The position numbers and the translations under genes are program-made. A model generated the notes under the pieces. It did no database searches. It was not told where the DNA came from and saw nothing but the letters and a program-made list of their open reading frames with translations. A stretch of DNA of 32,000 nt from Crocosphaera subtropica ATCC 51142 (GTDB taxonomy: Bacteria > Cyanobacteriota > Cyanobacteriia > Cyanobacteriales > Microcystaceae), in contig NC_010546.1 in NCBI RefSeq assembly GCF_000017845.1, positions 3,780,001-3,812,000 on the forward strand, in the 5' to 3' direction. This document shows positions 1-8,316 of this stretch, piece by piece; the first letter of the stretch is position 1, and each line of letters begins with the position of its first letter.

Positions 1-558
1 AACAATCTTAACCCCGATGGGAAAAGTAAATCCCAACTTTGCTTTCGTTTTAAAATTCCTAATATGGCAGATGTCCGTTTTGGGGCTGATTTAGTCAAAG
101 AATTGGATGATATTCTAACAAATGACAGCGAACCTAGCACTAAATCTGATCCAGCTATCAATACTAATACAGTTTTTTCCTCTGCTCAAACCTTCAATCA
201 GTTCAAAACTGATGCTGATGGCAATGTTCTTTATACCAATGGTCAACCAGTATTGAATGAACAAAAAGATTCTGTTGAAACGAGCGACAGTAAAAAAGTC
301 GTAGTCCAAATATTAATGAACGACGATATCCTCAACAAAAACTATCGTCTTGTTCGATTAATGACAGTCGATAGCAGCACCAGATACGACGTTTTACAAG
401 TTTATTATCGAGTCGGAGAACCCTATGACCCCAATGATCCCAACCAAACAGATAACGACAGCGACAGACTACGGGATGATCAATCTGGTAGAAAATCAAT
501 CATCGCCGAAAATTATACAGAAGTTATTCCGGCCGCTGTTGCTGAGTGCGGTTTCTAA
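1..558 (+). CDS. 3' end of an ORF that runs off the left edge; hypothetical, first visible gene of a pilin-like cluster
   Basis: Frame 1 is open from nt 1 (NNLNPDGKSKSQL...) with no stop before the ATG at 64 listed in the ORF track. Stop is TAA at 556-558. The protein is Asp/Asn/Thr-rich with no motif I recognise. It is on the same strand as, and contiguous with, two prepilin-type genes. Confidence 0.45.
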   Translation, partial: NNLNPDGKSKSQLCFRFKIPNMADVRFGADLVKELDDILTNDSEPSTKSDPAINTNTVFSSAQTFNQFKTDADGNVLYTNGQPVLNEQKDSVETSDSKKVVVQILMNDDILNKNYRLVRLMTVDSSTRYDVLQVYYRVGEPYDPNDPNQTDNDSDRLRDDQSGRKSIIAENYTEVIPAAVAECGF

Positions 559-1081
559 TCCCAATCAAGGAGTAACCCTTCTAGAAATCATCATTGCTGC
601 CGTCATTACTGGCATCTTAGCTGCGATCGGCATTCCTAGCTTGATGGGAATGCTACAAGGAGATCAAGTTAAACAAGGGGTTGATCAAATTCAACTGGCC
701 TTACAAGATGCTCAAAAACAAGCCATCCGTAACTCCAAACAATGCACTATTATCATCGATAAAACCGCCACTCCCCCTACCATTGACATCAAAGATCCCC
801 ATCTTCCTAATAATCAAGGTTGTTTAGGTTCGGTTGAGCGAACATTACCTAACAATGTGGTTATGACTGGCAATTTTACCAACAATGAGGTCAGTTTTTC
901 TTTTAAAGGGAATACAACAACAATGGGTACCATTGTCGTCAAACCGGCTAAAGGTGGCGGGGAAAAAAGATGTTTAGTCATGGGTTTAGGACTAGGCCTT
1001 ATGAGAACAGGAATTTACGATTCAAGCGCATCTGATAATCCTCCTAGTGCGACTAATTGCAAGAAAGTAACAGACAGTTAA
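476..1081 (+). CDS. GspH/FimT-like minor (pseudo)pilin with a prepilin-type N-terminal cleavage/methylation signal
   Basis: Class III signal ...SNPNQG|VTLLEIIIAAVITGILAAIGIP, with Gly-1 (codon 569-571), Glu+5 and a hydrophobic helix. This is followed by GVDQIQLALQDAQKQAIRNSK, typical of GspH/FimT-type pilins. The start is uncertain: the ATGs at 425 and 476 both lie inside the upstream ORF, and TTG at 539 is also possible. Confidence 0.7.
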   Translation: MINLVENQSSPKIIQKLFRPLLLSAVSNPNQGVTLLEIIIAAVITGILAAIGIPSLMGMLQGDQVKQGVDQIQLALQDAQKQAIRNSKQCTIIIDKTATPPTIDIKDPHLPNNQGCLGSVERTLPNNVVMTGNFTNNEVSFSFKGNTTTMGTIVVKPAKGGGEKRCLVMGLGLGLMRTGIYDSSASDNPPSATNCKKVTDS

Positions 1082-1090
1082 GAAAAAATC

Positions 1091-2533
1091 ATGTTAAAAA
1101 TCTATTTAAAACTCTTACAAAAATATCGTCCTTCTGCTGGCTGGACTTTAGCAGAATTAATCATTGCATCCGCCATGACTTTGATCGTGGTTATGGTAGC
1201 AGGGTTTAGTTTAGTGACTATTTTACGGGAAAACAAAGTGGCTAATGCTACAGGCCAAATGCAATATGACATGAATAGGGCAACGGAATTTATCTCAGAA
1301 GAAATTCGTGGTGCCAAAACCATTGAAACCGATCAAGCAGTAATTTATAATGCTGCCCCAACCTTTTATAAAAAATACGTTGAAGGGAAAGCCAATCCGA
1401 AAATTCCTATCTTAGCTTTGAAAATCGATGGGGTTTATGAGCGAGTTGTGTATTATGTCGACGAAGTGGCTGATGGAGAAATTTGGCAAGGTCCTGGAGT
1501 CATTCGACGCTTTGGCCCAGCATTCACGGCTACAGGTGAACACGATGATGCACAGAAAAGAACCCCCGATACCTGGCAGAGTAGTGCGCTCGTAGACATG
1601 ATGGTAACAACGTTAGATACTCCGCAAAAACAATGTCAAAATTTACCCCCTGATGTAGTGAGTGCTAATACTTATGTTGCTACCGATGATCAAGGAAATC
1701 AATGGTATCGTCTTCCCCAAAAAGAAGCAGACGTGAAAGGGTTTTTTGTTTGTGTCCAAGAAAATAAACAATTGGTGCAATTGAATATTGTTGGTACAAG
1801 TTTGGATGAATTCGCACATTTAGGCTATGACAAAAACGATATTTCAGAAGGCAAGTCCCGTTACGCCGACAAGATGGAGTACAATATCGCTACCATGGTT
1901 CATGCTCGTTCTGAAGCTATTGGTGGTGGCGGAGAAGCGGTTCCCGATTTTTTAGTCAGTCAGCAAATTATTAAATTACAAGAAAGTGGTAAGGCAAAAC
2001 TGAATGTTCTCCATGCCAATATTCCCTGCCAAGGCGATCCTAGCAATACTAGCCAAGATGTTGAAACTTCTTTCGATAAATCAGGGAGTAGTGTCGGGAC
2101 AGCTACGGGAGAACTATCAGGATCTGTGGTAGATTTTACTGTACCAGATGGCGACCCACCAGTGGATGTACTAACGCAAATTAAAGAGACAAGTAATTGT
2201 ACTGATCCCTCTGTCAAATATGAAATCGAGGTTAATCAGACTCAAAAAGTTAAATTTACCACTAACGATAATAGTGCGTATCCAACCCTCAATTCTCTGA
2301 TTGATAATGACCTTTCCGCATATACCGATATTGTTAATAAATTAAAGGCAAAAAACTTAATCAAAGCAGCTTCTGATGGCTCTACTTACTACTTCTCCCT
2401 TGCCGATAACCAAGTTCTCTATTTTGTTGAGCTTGAAACTGAAGGGTTATATGGTAGTCCTCCTACTTATCAAGAACAAGCTGATCCCCCTAAGTTTGAC
2501 GATGTTATCATTCTTGTGGAACTAACTAAGTAG
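1091..2533 (+). CDS. Large (480 aa) prepilin-type N-terminal domain protein (PilW/PilX-like minor pilin or pilus-tip protein)
   Basis: MLKIYLKLLQKYRPSAG|WTLAELIIASAMTLIVV shows a basic leader, Gly-1, Glu+5 and a hydrophobic helix. The roughly 440-aa C-terminal region has no motif I recognise. A 9-nt gap separates it from the preceding pilin gene. Confidence 0.75.
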   Translation: MLKIYLKLLQKYRPSAGWTLAELIIASAMTLIVVMVAGFSLVTILRENKVANATGQMQYDMNRATEFISEEIRGAKTIETDQAVIYNAAPTFYKKYVEGKANPKIPILALKIDGVYERVVYYVDEVADGEIWQGPGVIRRFGPAFTATGEHDDAQKRTPDTWQSSALVDMMVTTLDTPQKQCQNLPPDVVSANTYVATDDQGNQWYRLPQKEADVKGFFVCVQENKQLVQLNIVGTSLDEFAHLGYDKNDISEGKSRYADKMEYNIATMVHARSEAIGGGGEAVPDFLVSQQIIKLQESGKAKLNVLHANIPCQGDPSNTSQDVETSFDKSGSSVGTATGELSGSVVDFTVPDGDPPVDVLTQIKETSNCTDPSVKYEIEVNQTQKVKFTTNDNSAYPTLNSLIDNDLSAYTDIVNKLKAKNLIKAASDGSTYYFSLADNQVLYFVELETEGLYGSPPTYQEQADPPKFDDVIILVELTK

Positions 2534-2597
2534 AATGATCAGAACATAGTTCAATCTTTATAAATCAGAAAAACAAAATATTTTGCTACCTCATTAA

Positions 2598-2640
2598 AAC
2601 CTTGATGATCCGAGATAGGAATATCAAGGTTATCTTTTTA
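2598..2640 (+). terminator. Putative intrinsic terminator of the pilin cluster
   Basis: Perfect 9-bp stem AACCTTGAT (2598-2606) / ATCAAGGTT (2623-2631), followed by ATCTTTTTA. Confidence 0.5.
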
Positions 2641-2682
2641 TCTGTCAGTTTATAATTGTCGGTAAATTCTTAAACTTTAATT

Positions 2683-3795
2683 ATGAACTGGTGGCAAAAA
2701 CTTAAAGATAATCCTTTAGCCCGTTTTGGGGCAGTATTACTGATAATTTTCTATATAGCCGTGATTGCTGCGGATTTTGTTGCGCCTTATGACCCATACT
2801 CATCCCAAGCTGATGGCTCACTTCTTCCCCCCACAAACATTTATTGGACAACTCAAGACGGTCGCTTTATCGGTCCCCACGTTTATCCGACGACCCAAAG
2901 TCCTACGGATCTTGAGACAGGAAAACGCAGTTTAAACATTGATTTTGAGCAGCCTTCGCCTATTACCCTATTTGCAAAAGGGGATACCTATCGATTATTT
3001 CAAATTCGTCTCCCTTTACCTCCTTCTTTTGAAGAAGTGGAACTTTTCGGTGGTATTCCCACGAACCGTCATCTGTTTGGAACTGTTGGTCCGGCTCATT
3101 TGAATCTTTTGGGAACAGACGAACAGGGACGGGATCAGTTCAGCCGTTTACTATTTGGCGGAAGAATTAGCTTATTTATCGGTATTGTTGGGATTATTGT
3201 CTCTTTTCCCCTGGGTATGATAGTGGGAGGCATTTCCGGTTATTTTGGAGGCTGGATTGATGCTTTTTTGATGCGCTTGGTAGAAGTTTTGATGACCATT
3301 CCTGGAATTTATTTATTAGTGGCTTTGGCTGCTGTTCTTCCTCCTAGTCTCACCAGCGCACAGCGATTTTTATTGATTGTTTTAATTACTTCTTTCATTA
3401 GTTGGTCAGGACTGGCTAGGGTGATACGAGGTCAAGTTTTGTCCCTTAAAGAACAAGAATTTGTCCAAGCAGCCAAGGCTATGGGGGCAACTCCTTGGCG
3501 TATTATTGTTCGTCATGTGCTTCCCCAAACAGCAACCTATATTATTATCTCGGCAACGTTAGCCATTCCTGGTTTCATTGTCTCTGAATCGATCTTAAGT
3601 CTTATTGGTTTAGGGATTCAACAACCAGATCCGAGTTGGGGGAATTTACTGTCTGTGTCTACCAATGCCTCTATTTTAGTGCTTCAGCCTTGGTTAGTTT
3701 GGCCTCCAGCCCTGATGATTATCTTGACAGTTCTCTGCTTCAACTTACTCGGAGATGGTTTAAGGGATGCCCTTGATCCTCGCAGTCTTGAATAA
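2683..3795 (+). CDS. ABC transporter permease, oligopeptide/dipeptide OppC/DppC type
   Basis: N-terminal TM helix, a long periplasmic loop, then a multi-TM core with the EAA-type loop EQEFVQAAKAMGATPWRIIVRHVLPQ. No partner permease, ATPase or binding protein is present in the window. Confidence 0.85.
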   Translation: MNWWQKLKDNPLARFGAVLLIIFYIAVIAADFVAPYDPYSSQADGSLLPPTNIYWTTQDGRFIGPHVYPTTQSPTDLETGKRSLNIDFEQPSPITLFAKGDTYRLFQIRLPLPPSFEEVELFGGIPTNRHLFGTVGPAHLNLLGTDEQGRDQFSRLLFGGRISLFIGIVGIIVSFPLGMIVGGISGYFGGWIDAFLMRLVEVLMTIPGIYLLVALAAVLPPSLTSAQRFLLIVLITSFISWSGLARVIRGQVLSLKEQEFVQAAKAMGATPWRIIVRHVLPQTATYIIISATLAIPGFIVSESILSLIGLGIQQPDPSWGNLLSVSTNASILVLQPWLVWPPALMIILTVLCFNLLGDGLRDALDPRSLE

Positions 3796-3837
3796 TTTGT
3801 TCATTCTGTATATTTTTGTTAAGTTCTTACTAAGGCT

Positions 3838-3860
3838 AAAAAGTCTCCCTTGACTTTTTT
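3838..3860 (+). terminator. Weak AT-rich hairpin with T-run after the ABC permease gene
   Basis: AAAAAGTC (3838-3845), loop TCCCTT, GACTTTTT (3852-3859). Confidence 0.35.
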
Positions 3861-4048
3861 CGGAAGGTTAAGAGAAACTTACAGTAACATAAGTAGACTA
3901 CTAATTAAATGTTAACTTTTGCTAAAATTTGATTAATAATGCTACGGTTAATCAAGATTGATATCTTGAGACAAATGGGCAAAATTAATCCTTTTTAGGA
4001 ACAATACAGTCCTTATTCCCCTTATAGACTCCTATTCTAGAATCAACC

Positions 4049-4264
4049 ATGAACATGGAAACCCTAGAATTTATCATTTATCCTGATGGCCGTGTCAAAG
4101 AAACAGTGACAGGCATAATAGGTTCCTCTTGTCAAGAGGTAACCGCAGCGATCGAAGCGCAATTAGGGAGAGTTCTTTCTACGGAAAAGACTTCTCAATA
4201 CTACGCTGAACCCATTACTCAATCGACAGAAGCAACGAATCAAGCTTCTTTTAGCGATTGGTAA
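4049..4264 (+). CDS. DUF2997-like small protein
   Basis: M(NM)ETLEFIIYPDGRVKETVTGIIGSSCQEVTAAIEAQLGRV...EKTSQYY matches my memory of the DUF2997 family. It lies directly upstream of a DUF1257 gene, as is usual in cyanobacteria. Confidence 0.65.
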   Translation: MNMETLEFIIYPDGRVKETVTGIIGSSCQEVTAAIEAQLGRVLSTEKTSQYYAEPITQSTEATNQASFSDW

Positions 4265-4319
4265 GGGTAAATTTCCCTTGATTTTGTCCCCCTTTGTAAC
4301 GTTTAAAATTCCAAAAAAT

Positions 4320-4706
4320 ATGTCACACTTTAGTAACATCAAAACCCAAATTCGTAACCTCACCTCCCTCAAAGCAGCACTCGATGACATGGGTATCGAC
4401 TGGAAAGAAGGACCCCATACTGTCAGAGGGTATAAAGGCCAAACCCGTACGGCTGAAATTGTAGTTGAACAAAATAACAACTATGATATTGGCTTTAGCT
4501 GGAATGGTAGCGAATACGAATTAATCGCCGATTTACAATATTGGCAACAACCCTTATCCGTTGATGGATTTTTGAAAAAAGTGACCCAAGGATATGCTCT
4601 CCATACCATCCTTGATGAGTCTAGTAAACAAGGGTTCCAAGTTGCCCAACAACAAAAGAATGAAGATGGTTCTATTCGCCTTGTTGTCCAACGCTGGAGT
4701 GCGTAA
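4320..4706 (+). CDS. DUF1257 / Ycf35-like protein
   Basis: MSHFSNIKTQIRNLTSLKAALDDMGI...VRGYKGQ...ELIADL... is the family-typical N-terminus. The TTG at 4278 in the ORF track is probably not the start; ATG at 4320 gives the conserved MSHFS start. Confidence 0.7.
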   Translation: MSHFSNIKTQIRNLTSLKAALDDMGIDWKEGPHTVRGYKGQTRTAEIVVEQNNNYDIGFSWNGSEYELIADLQYWQQPLSVDGFLKKVTQGYALHTILDESSKQGFQVAQQQKNEDGSIRLVVQRWSA

Positions 4707-5128
4707 TGACTGATTTTTCCCCAACCCCCGATCGCTCTGGGTTAGAACCAGAACTAGGGGGTATTTTCCGAGATGCCCCCGACAGAAGTGGTTATGAGCC
4801 AGAATTAGGGGGCGAACTAAGACAAAAAGGAGTTTACGTCGACGAAATTACCTGTATTGGCTGTAAACACTGCGCCCATGTTGCACCCAATACCTTTTAT
4901 ATTGAGTCTGATTACGGGCGATCGCGGGTTTACAATCAAGATGGGGATGAAGAGGATACTATCCAAGAAGCAATGGATACTTGTCCAGTAGATTGTATTC
5001 ACTGGGTTGATTATACCGAGTTAAAAGAACTCGAAGAAGTTCGTCAACATCAACAGGTTAAAGCCCTTGGTTTTCCTCAAGTTCATCATAACCCTAAAAG
5101 AAAGAGAAAACCCCCTAAACATAATTGA
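4706..5128 (+). CDS. Single-cluster 4Fe-4S (or 3Fe-4S) ferredoxin-domain protein with a repeat-bearing N-terminus and basic C-tail
   Basis: CIGCKHCAHVAPNTFYIE...CPVDCIHW Cys pattern. The start ATG overlaps the DUF1257 stop (TAATG at 4704-4708). Confidence 0.8.
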   Translation: MTDFSPTPDRSGLEPELGGIFRDAPDRSGYEPELGGELRQKGVYVDEITCIGCKHCAHVAPNTFYIESDYGRSRVYNQDGDEEDTIQEAMDTCPVDCIHWVDYTELKELEEVRQHQQVKALGFPQVHHNPKRKRKPPKHN

Positions 5129-5161
5129 TTAGCTGTTGATGAATTATTTAAAATAATCTGT

Positions 5162-5222
5162 AAGGTGAGCCATTTTAATAATTTTAATTGATATCAATTA
5201 ATTATTTCTCACCTTATTTTTA
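5162..5222 (+). terminator. Compound hairpin after the ferredoxin gene
   Basis: Outer stem AAGGTGAG (5162-5169) / CTCACCTT (5208-5215) followed by ATTTTTA. It encloses a perfect 18-bp palindrome, TTAATTGATATCAATTAA (5184-5201). Confidence 0.45.
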
Positions 5223-5231
5223 TTGAAAAAT

Positions 5232-6137
5232 ATGAATAATGGCTGGATTTATCGAGAACAAATTAAACAAAAGAATGCTGGATTAACAGTATTAGAATAT
5301 TATACTCAAAACTATCATCATTCTAGTTCTCAACAGTGGTTAGAAAGAATACTATGGGCTCAAGTTCTTCTGGATAATCAAGTCGTTACCCCTGAAACTA
5401 TTTTACAAACAGGACAATGGTTAAGTTATCATCGTCCTCCTTGGAAAGAAGCAGACGTACCTTTAGACTTTGATCTTATTTATGAAGATCATCATATATT
5501 AGTGATTAATAAACCGTCTGGTCTTCCAGTGTTACCAGGGGGAGGATTTTTAGAACATACTTTATTAGGACAGTTGAAAAAACAATACCCTAAAGAGAAA
5601 GTGTTTCCGATTCATCGCTTAGGGAGAGGAACATCAGGATTAATGTTAATGGGGAAAACTGCGATCGCTCGTTCTCATTTAACCCGACAAATGCGAGAAC
5701 ATAAAATGAGGAAAGTTTATCGAACGTTAATCGGTGAAAATAATCTCCCTGATTACTTTAATATTGAGCATCCCATTGGCAAAATTTCTGATCCCGTTTT
5801 AGGTTATATTTATGGAGCAAAAGCTGATGGAAAAGATGCTTATAGTCAGTGTCAAATTATAGAAAGATATTCAGATAAAACCCTGGTAGAAGTTACCATA
5901 TTAACCGGTCGTCCTCATCAAATTAGAATTCATCTCGCTACTATTGGTTACCCTTTATTGGGTGATCCTTTATATGTTGTGGGGGGCATTCCTAAAACGG
6001 GGTTTAAAGAACAAAAAGAGACAGTTAATGTTCCTGGAGATTGTGGTTATTTTCTCCATGCTTATCAACTTTCTTTTGTTCATCCAGCGACCCATCAATG
6101 TTTAACCTTCACTTGTGAAAGAGAGTTTTTAATTTAA
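5232..6137 (+). CDS. RluA-family pseudouridine synthase homologue (catalytic Asp not present, see findings)
   Basis: ILVINKPSGLPV, HRLGRGTSGLMLMGKT and GRPHQIRIHLA motifs, with an S4-like N-terminal region. ATG at 5232 is preferred over the TTG at 5223. Confidence 0.85.
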   Translation: MNNGWIYREQIKQKNAGLTVLEYYTQNYHHSSSQQWLERILWAQVLLDNQVVTPETILQTGQWLSYHRPPWKEADVPLDFDLIYEDHHILVINKPSGLPVLPGGGFLEHTLLGQLKKQYPKEKVFPIHRLGRGTSGLMLMGKTAIARSHLTRQMREHKMRKVYRTLIGENNLPDYFNIEHPIGKISDPVLGYIYGAKADGKDAYSQCQIIERYSDKTLVEVTILTGRPHQIRIHLATIGYPLLGDPLYVVGGIPKTGFKEQKETVNVPGDCGYFLHAYQLSFVHPATHQCLTFTCEREFLI

Positions 6138-6145
6138 AACGATGA

Positions 6146-6178
6146 GGAGGCAGTTAAATAAGGGGAATAACTGCCTCC
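6146..6178. terminator. Bidirectional hairpin between the convergent RluA-like gene and plsY
   Basis: Perfect 11-bp stem GGAGGCAGTTA (6146-6156) / TAACTGCCTCC (6168-6178). Confidence 0.55.
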
Positions 6179-6211
6179 TGGTATTCGAGATAATATCAAG
6201 GTCAGAAATAA

Positions 6212-6859
6212 TCAACTTCCTTCTTGTTGTAATTTTTGTCCAAGTCTGGGTTCAGTTCCTTGTAAAAGACGGATAATATTAGTCCGATGACGGAAGGTAA
6301 CATACAGTCCAACGATTACCCCAAATAAACAATAGGGTAAAGGCTGATGTAACCCAAACATAAGAACGTTAACCGCTACGACTCCCGTAATAGAACTCAA
6401 AGAGACAATACGGGATAAGCTTAACATCGCTAAAAAGCTGCCTAATGTACCTAAAGCCACAATGGGGTTCAGCACTAATAAGACACCTAAACTAGATGCC
6501 ACAGATTTCCCACCAGTAAAGTTGAGGAAAATAGATTTACTGTGACCCAAAACAGCAGCGATCGCTGCAAACACAACTAACCAAGATTTCCACTCTAAAG
6601 GAATCATTTCAGGGGATTCTACGAAAAACCAGAGTTTAACGAGAATTACCGCTAACATTGCCTTCGCTAAATCTACCGTTAAAACAAAAATAGCGGCCCG
6701 TTTCCCGATAGTGCGTAAAATGTTCGTGGCACCCGTAGAACCGGAACCATGTTGACGAACATCAATGCCTTTGAGATGTAACCCGGTTAGGTATCCTGTG
6801 GGAATAGAACCCAGTAAATAGCCGATGAGAATTAGTAATGCGCTAATGAGAAAAGCCAT
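6212..6859 (-). CDS. plsY: Glycerol-3-phosphate acyltransferase PlsY
   Basis: MAFLISALLILIGYLLGSIPTGYL..., GSGSTGATN and GGKSVASSLG are family-typical. The protein is a polytopic membrane protein. Confidence 0.9.
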   Translation of the reverse strand: MAFLISALLILIGYLLGSIPTGYLTGLHLKGIDVRQHGSGSTGATNILRTIGKRAAIFVLTVDLAKAMLAVILVKLWFFVESPEMIPLEWKSWLVVFAAIAAVLGHSKSIFLNFTGGKSVASSLGVLLVLNPIVALGTLGSFLAMLSLSRIVSLSSITGVVAVNVLMFGLHQPLPYCLFGVIVGLYVTFRHRTNIIRLLQGTEPRLGQKLQQEGS

Positions 6860-6900
6860 AAGTCATAATCAAAATTAAAGGTGGTCAAAGTGTTGGTGGT

Positions 6901-8076
6901 TTAATAGAGATAACTGCTCATTTGCTGTGGATCTGGCGCAAAAGCCAACCACAACGGAAATTGCAGCAAGGAGAGGCTGATTTGTTCTTCTGCTTCGTCA
7001 ATGATGACCAGAGGAAGAAACTTGTCCTCTACTAATCTTTCTGCTTTTTGAACCAAAGCTTCTGGGGACTCAAATAAGACGATTCCTCTTTCTGGTCCAA
7101 AATCACCGCGAGAAATTCCTAAACAGTCTTGGAGTCCCCGTCGCCATTCTCCCAGTCTTTCTGGGGTATTGGCTAAAATTAGAAAACGAGTGCGATCGCC
7201 GTGCAGTTCATTGAGAACGGAAATCACAGCAGAAGCCACTAAGATATTTTGTAAGCGACTGCCCATAGAGCGAATGGTTCCTCGTCCCCCTTGAGAAAAG
7301 AACCATTTTTGCACTCTTTCTGCGTGGATAGGTTCAAAGGTTCGGCGTAACTGCCAAGGTGGTCCGTAGTAGTCAGGATTTCTGCGGTACTGCTCTAGAA
7401 TTTGCTCAATTTTACGAGTTTGTTCGGCAAATTCTAGAGGCGCAAATTGTACGGTTGATCCGCTAACTGAGGGGGGTGTTACCGGTTCTGGGGGTTGCTC
7501 CCAACTTTCTTGGGTTGGCAAATCCAACTGTTCAGCGGCCGCAGCAAGATCCTGTAAACTTCCTACCAGATAATCTTTAAATCCCTGTACCCGAATGGCT
7601 AAGTCTTGGGAGATTCCTGCAAAGGTGGTTTTCATTTCCTCCCGAATCCTATCCCGACGACGTTCTAATTGTTCAACAGATAGCTCTAGGGTTTGTTTTT
7701 TTTGCTGAAGTTCTCTGAGTCCTTCGATAACCATTTGCTCTAAAGTTTGTTCGACTGTCTGAGTTTTTTCTGACAGTTTTTGAGCTTTGCTGGATTCTAA
7801 GGCTTCGATTTCAGCGATAAGGCCCTGTTTCTGTTGTTTTAGTGCTTCAACCTCTTGGTTAAGTTCTTTGATTGTGTTTTCTAATTCCACTGGTTTAGAT
7901 GCCTCATCAATAGCGGATGCGTCCTTATCTGATGAGTTAATGACTTCATTTCTTTCCCCCTGTGTTTCGGGAAGGTTTAAAGGTTCCAACCCTTCTTTAT
8001 CGTCAAAAGAAGCATTCTCTTGAGGTTTATTGGGGAAGAAATCTGGGTTAGAAGATTGGGGAACGTCTGAGGTCAT
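6901..8076 (-). CDS. Conserved cyanobacterial coiled-coil protein (DUF3086-like, from memory)
   Basis: Acidic, disordered N-terminus, then a Glu/Gln/Leu/Lys heptad-rich segment (ELENTIKELNQEVEALKQQKQGLIAEIEALE...), then a globular C-terminal domain. A 41-nt gap separates it from plsY on the same strand. Confidence 0.7.
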   Translation of the reverse strand: MTSDVPQSSNPDFFPNKPQENASFDDKEGLEPLNLPETQGERNEVINSSDKDASAIDEASKPVELENTIKELNQEVEALKQQKQGLIAEIEALESSKAQKLSEKTQTVEQTLEQMVIEGLRELQQKKQTLELSVEQLERRRDRIREEMKTTFAGISQDLAIRVQGFKDYLVGSLQDLAAAAEQLDLPTQESWEQPPEPVTPPSVSGSTVQFAPLEFAEQTRKIEQILEQYRRNPDYYGPPWQLRRTFEPIHAERVQKWFFSQGGRGTIRSMGSRLQNILVASAVISVLNELHGDRTRFLILANTPERLGEWRRGLQDCLGISRGDFGPERGIVLFESPEALVQKAERLVEDKFLPLVIIDEAEEQISLSLLQFPLWLAFAPDPQQMSSYLY

Positions 8077-8316
8077 GGATTTAGAGTGAGGGACAGGGTT
8101 CGGTATTTTAGATTCTGATTGAGTCGATAAAAGGCTTAAGAGATAATAGTTTACAGATTAAGGTAATCTGTCTTTTTGTAGGTGATTACCATCGAATACA
8201 CATTACTTCTTTTGTGTTCTCTTGAGCCACCTAATTTTTTGCTGTTATCTGTTGCCTATTTTGTCGACTAAAGGGAATTAACTTATCAAAAGTCTATCGT
8301 TGAATCGGTATTCATT

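Noticed and set aside
425-558. Overlap of the edge ORF and the pilin ORF as a programmed frameshift or fusion
   Set aside because: A prepilin signal must sit at the N-terminus of its own polypeptide to be processed. A fusion would bury it, so independent initiation (overlap or non-ATG start) is the simpler reading.
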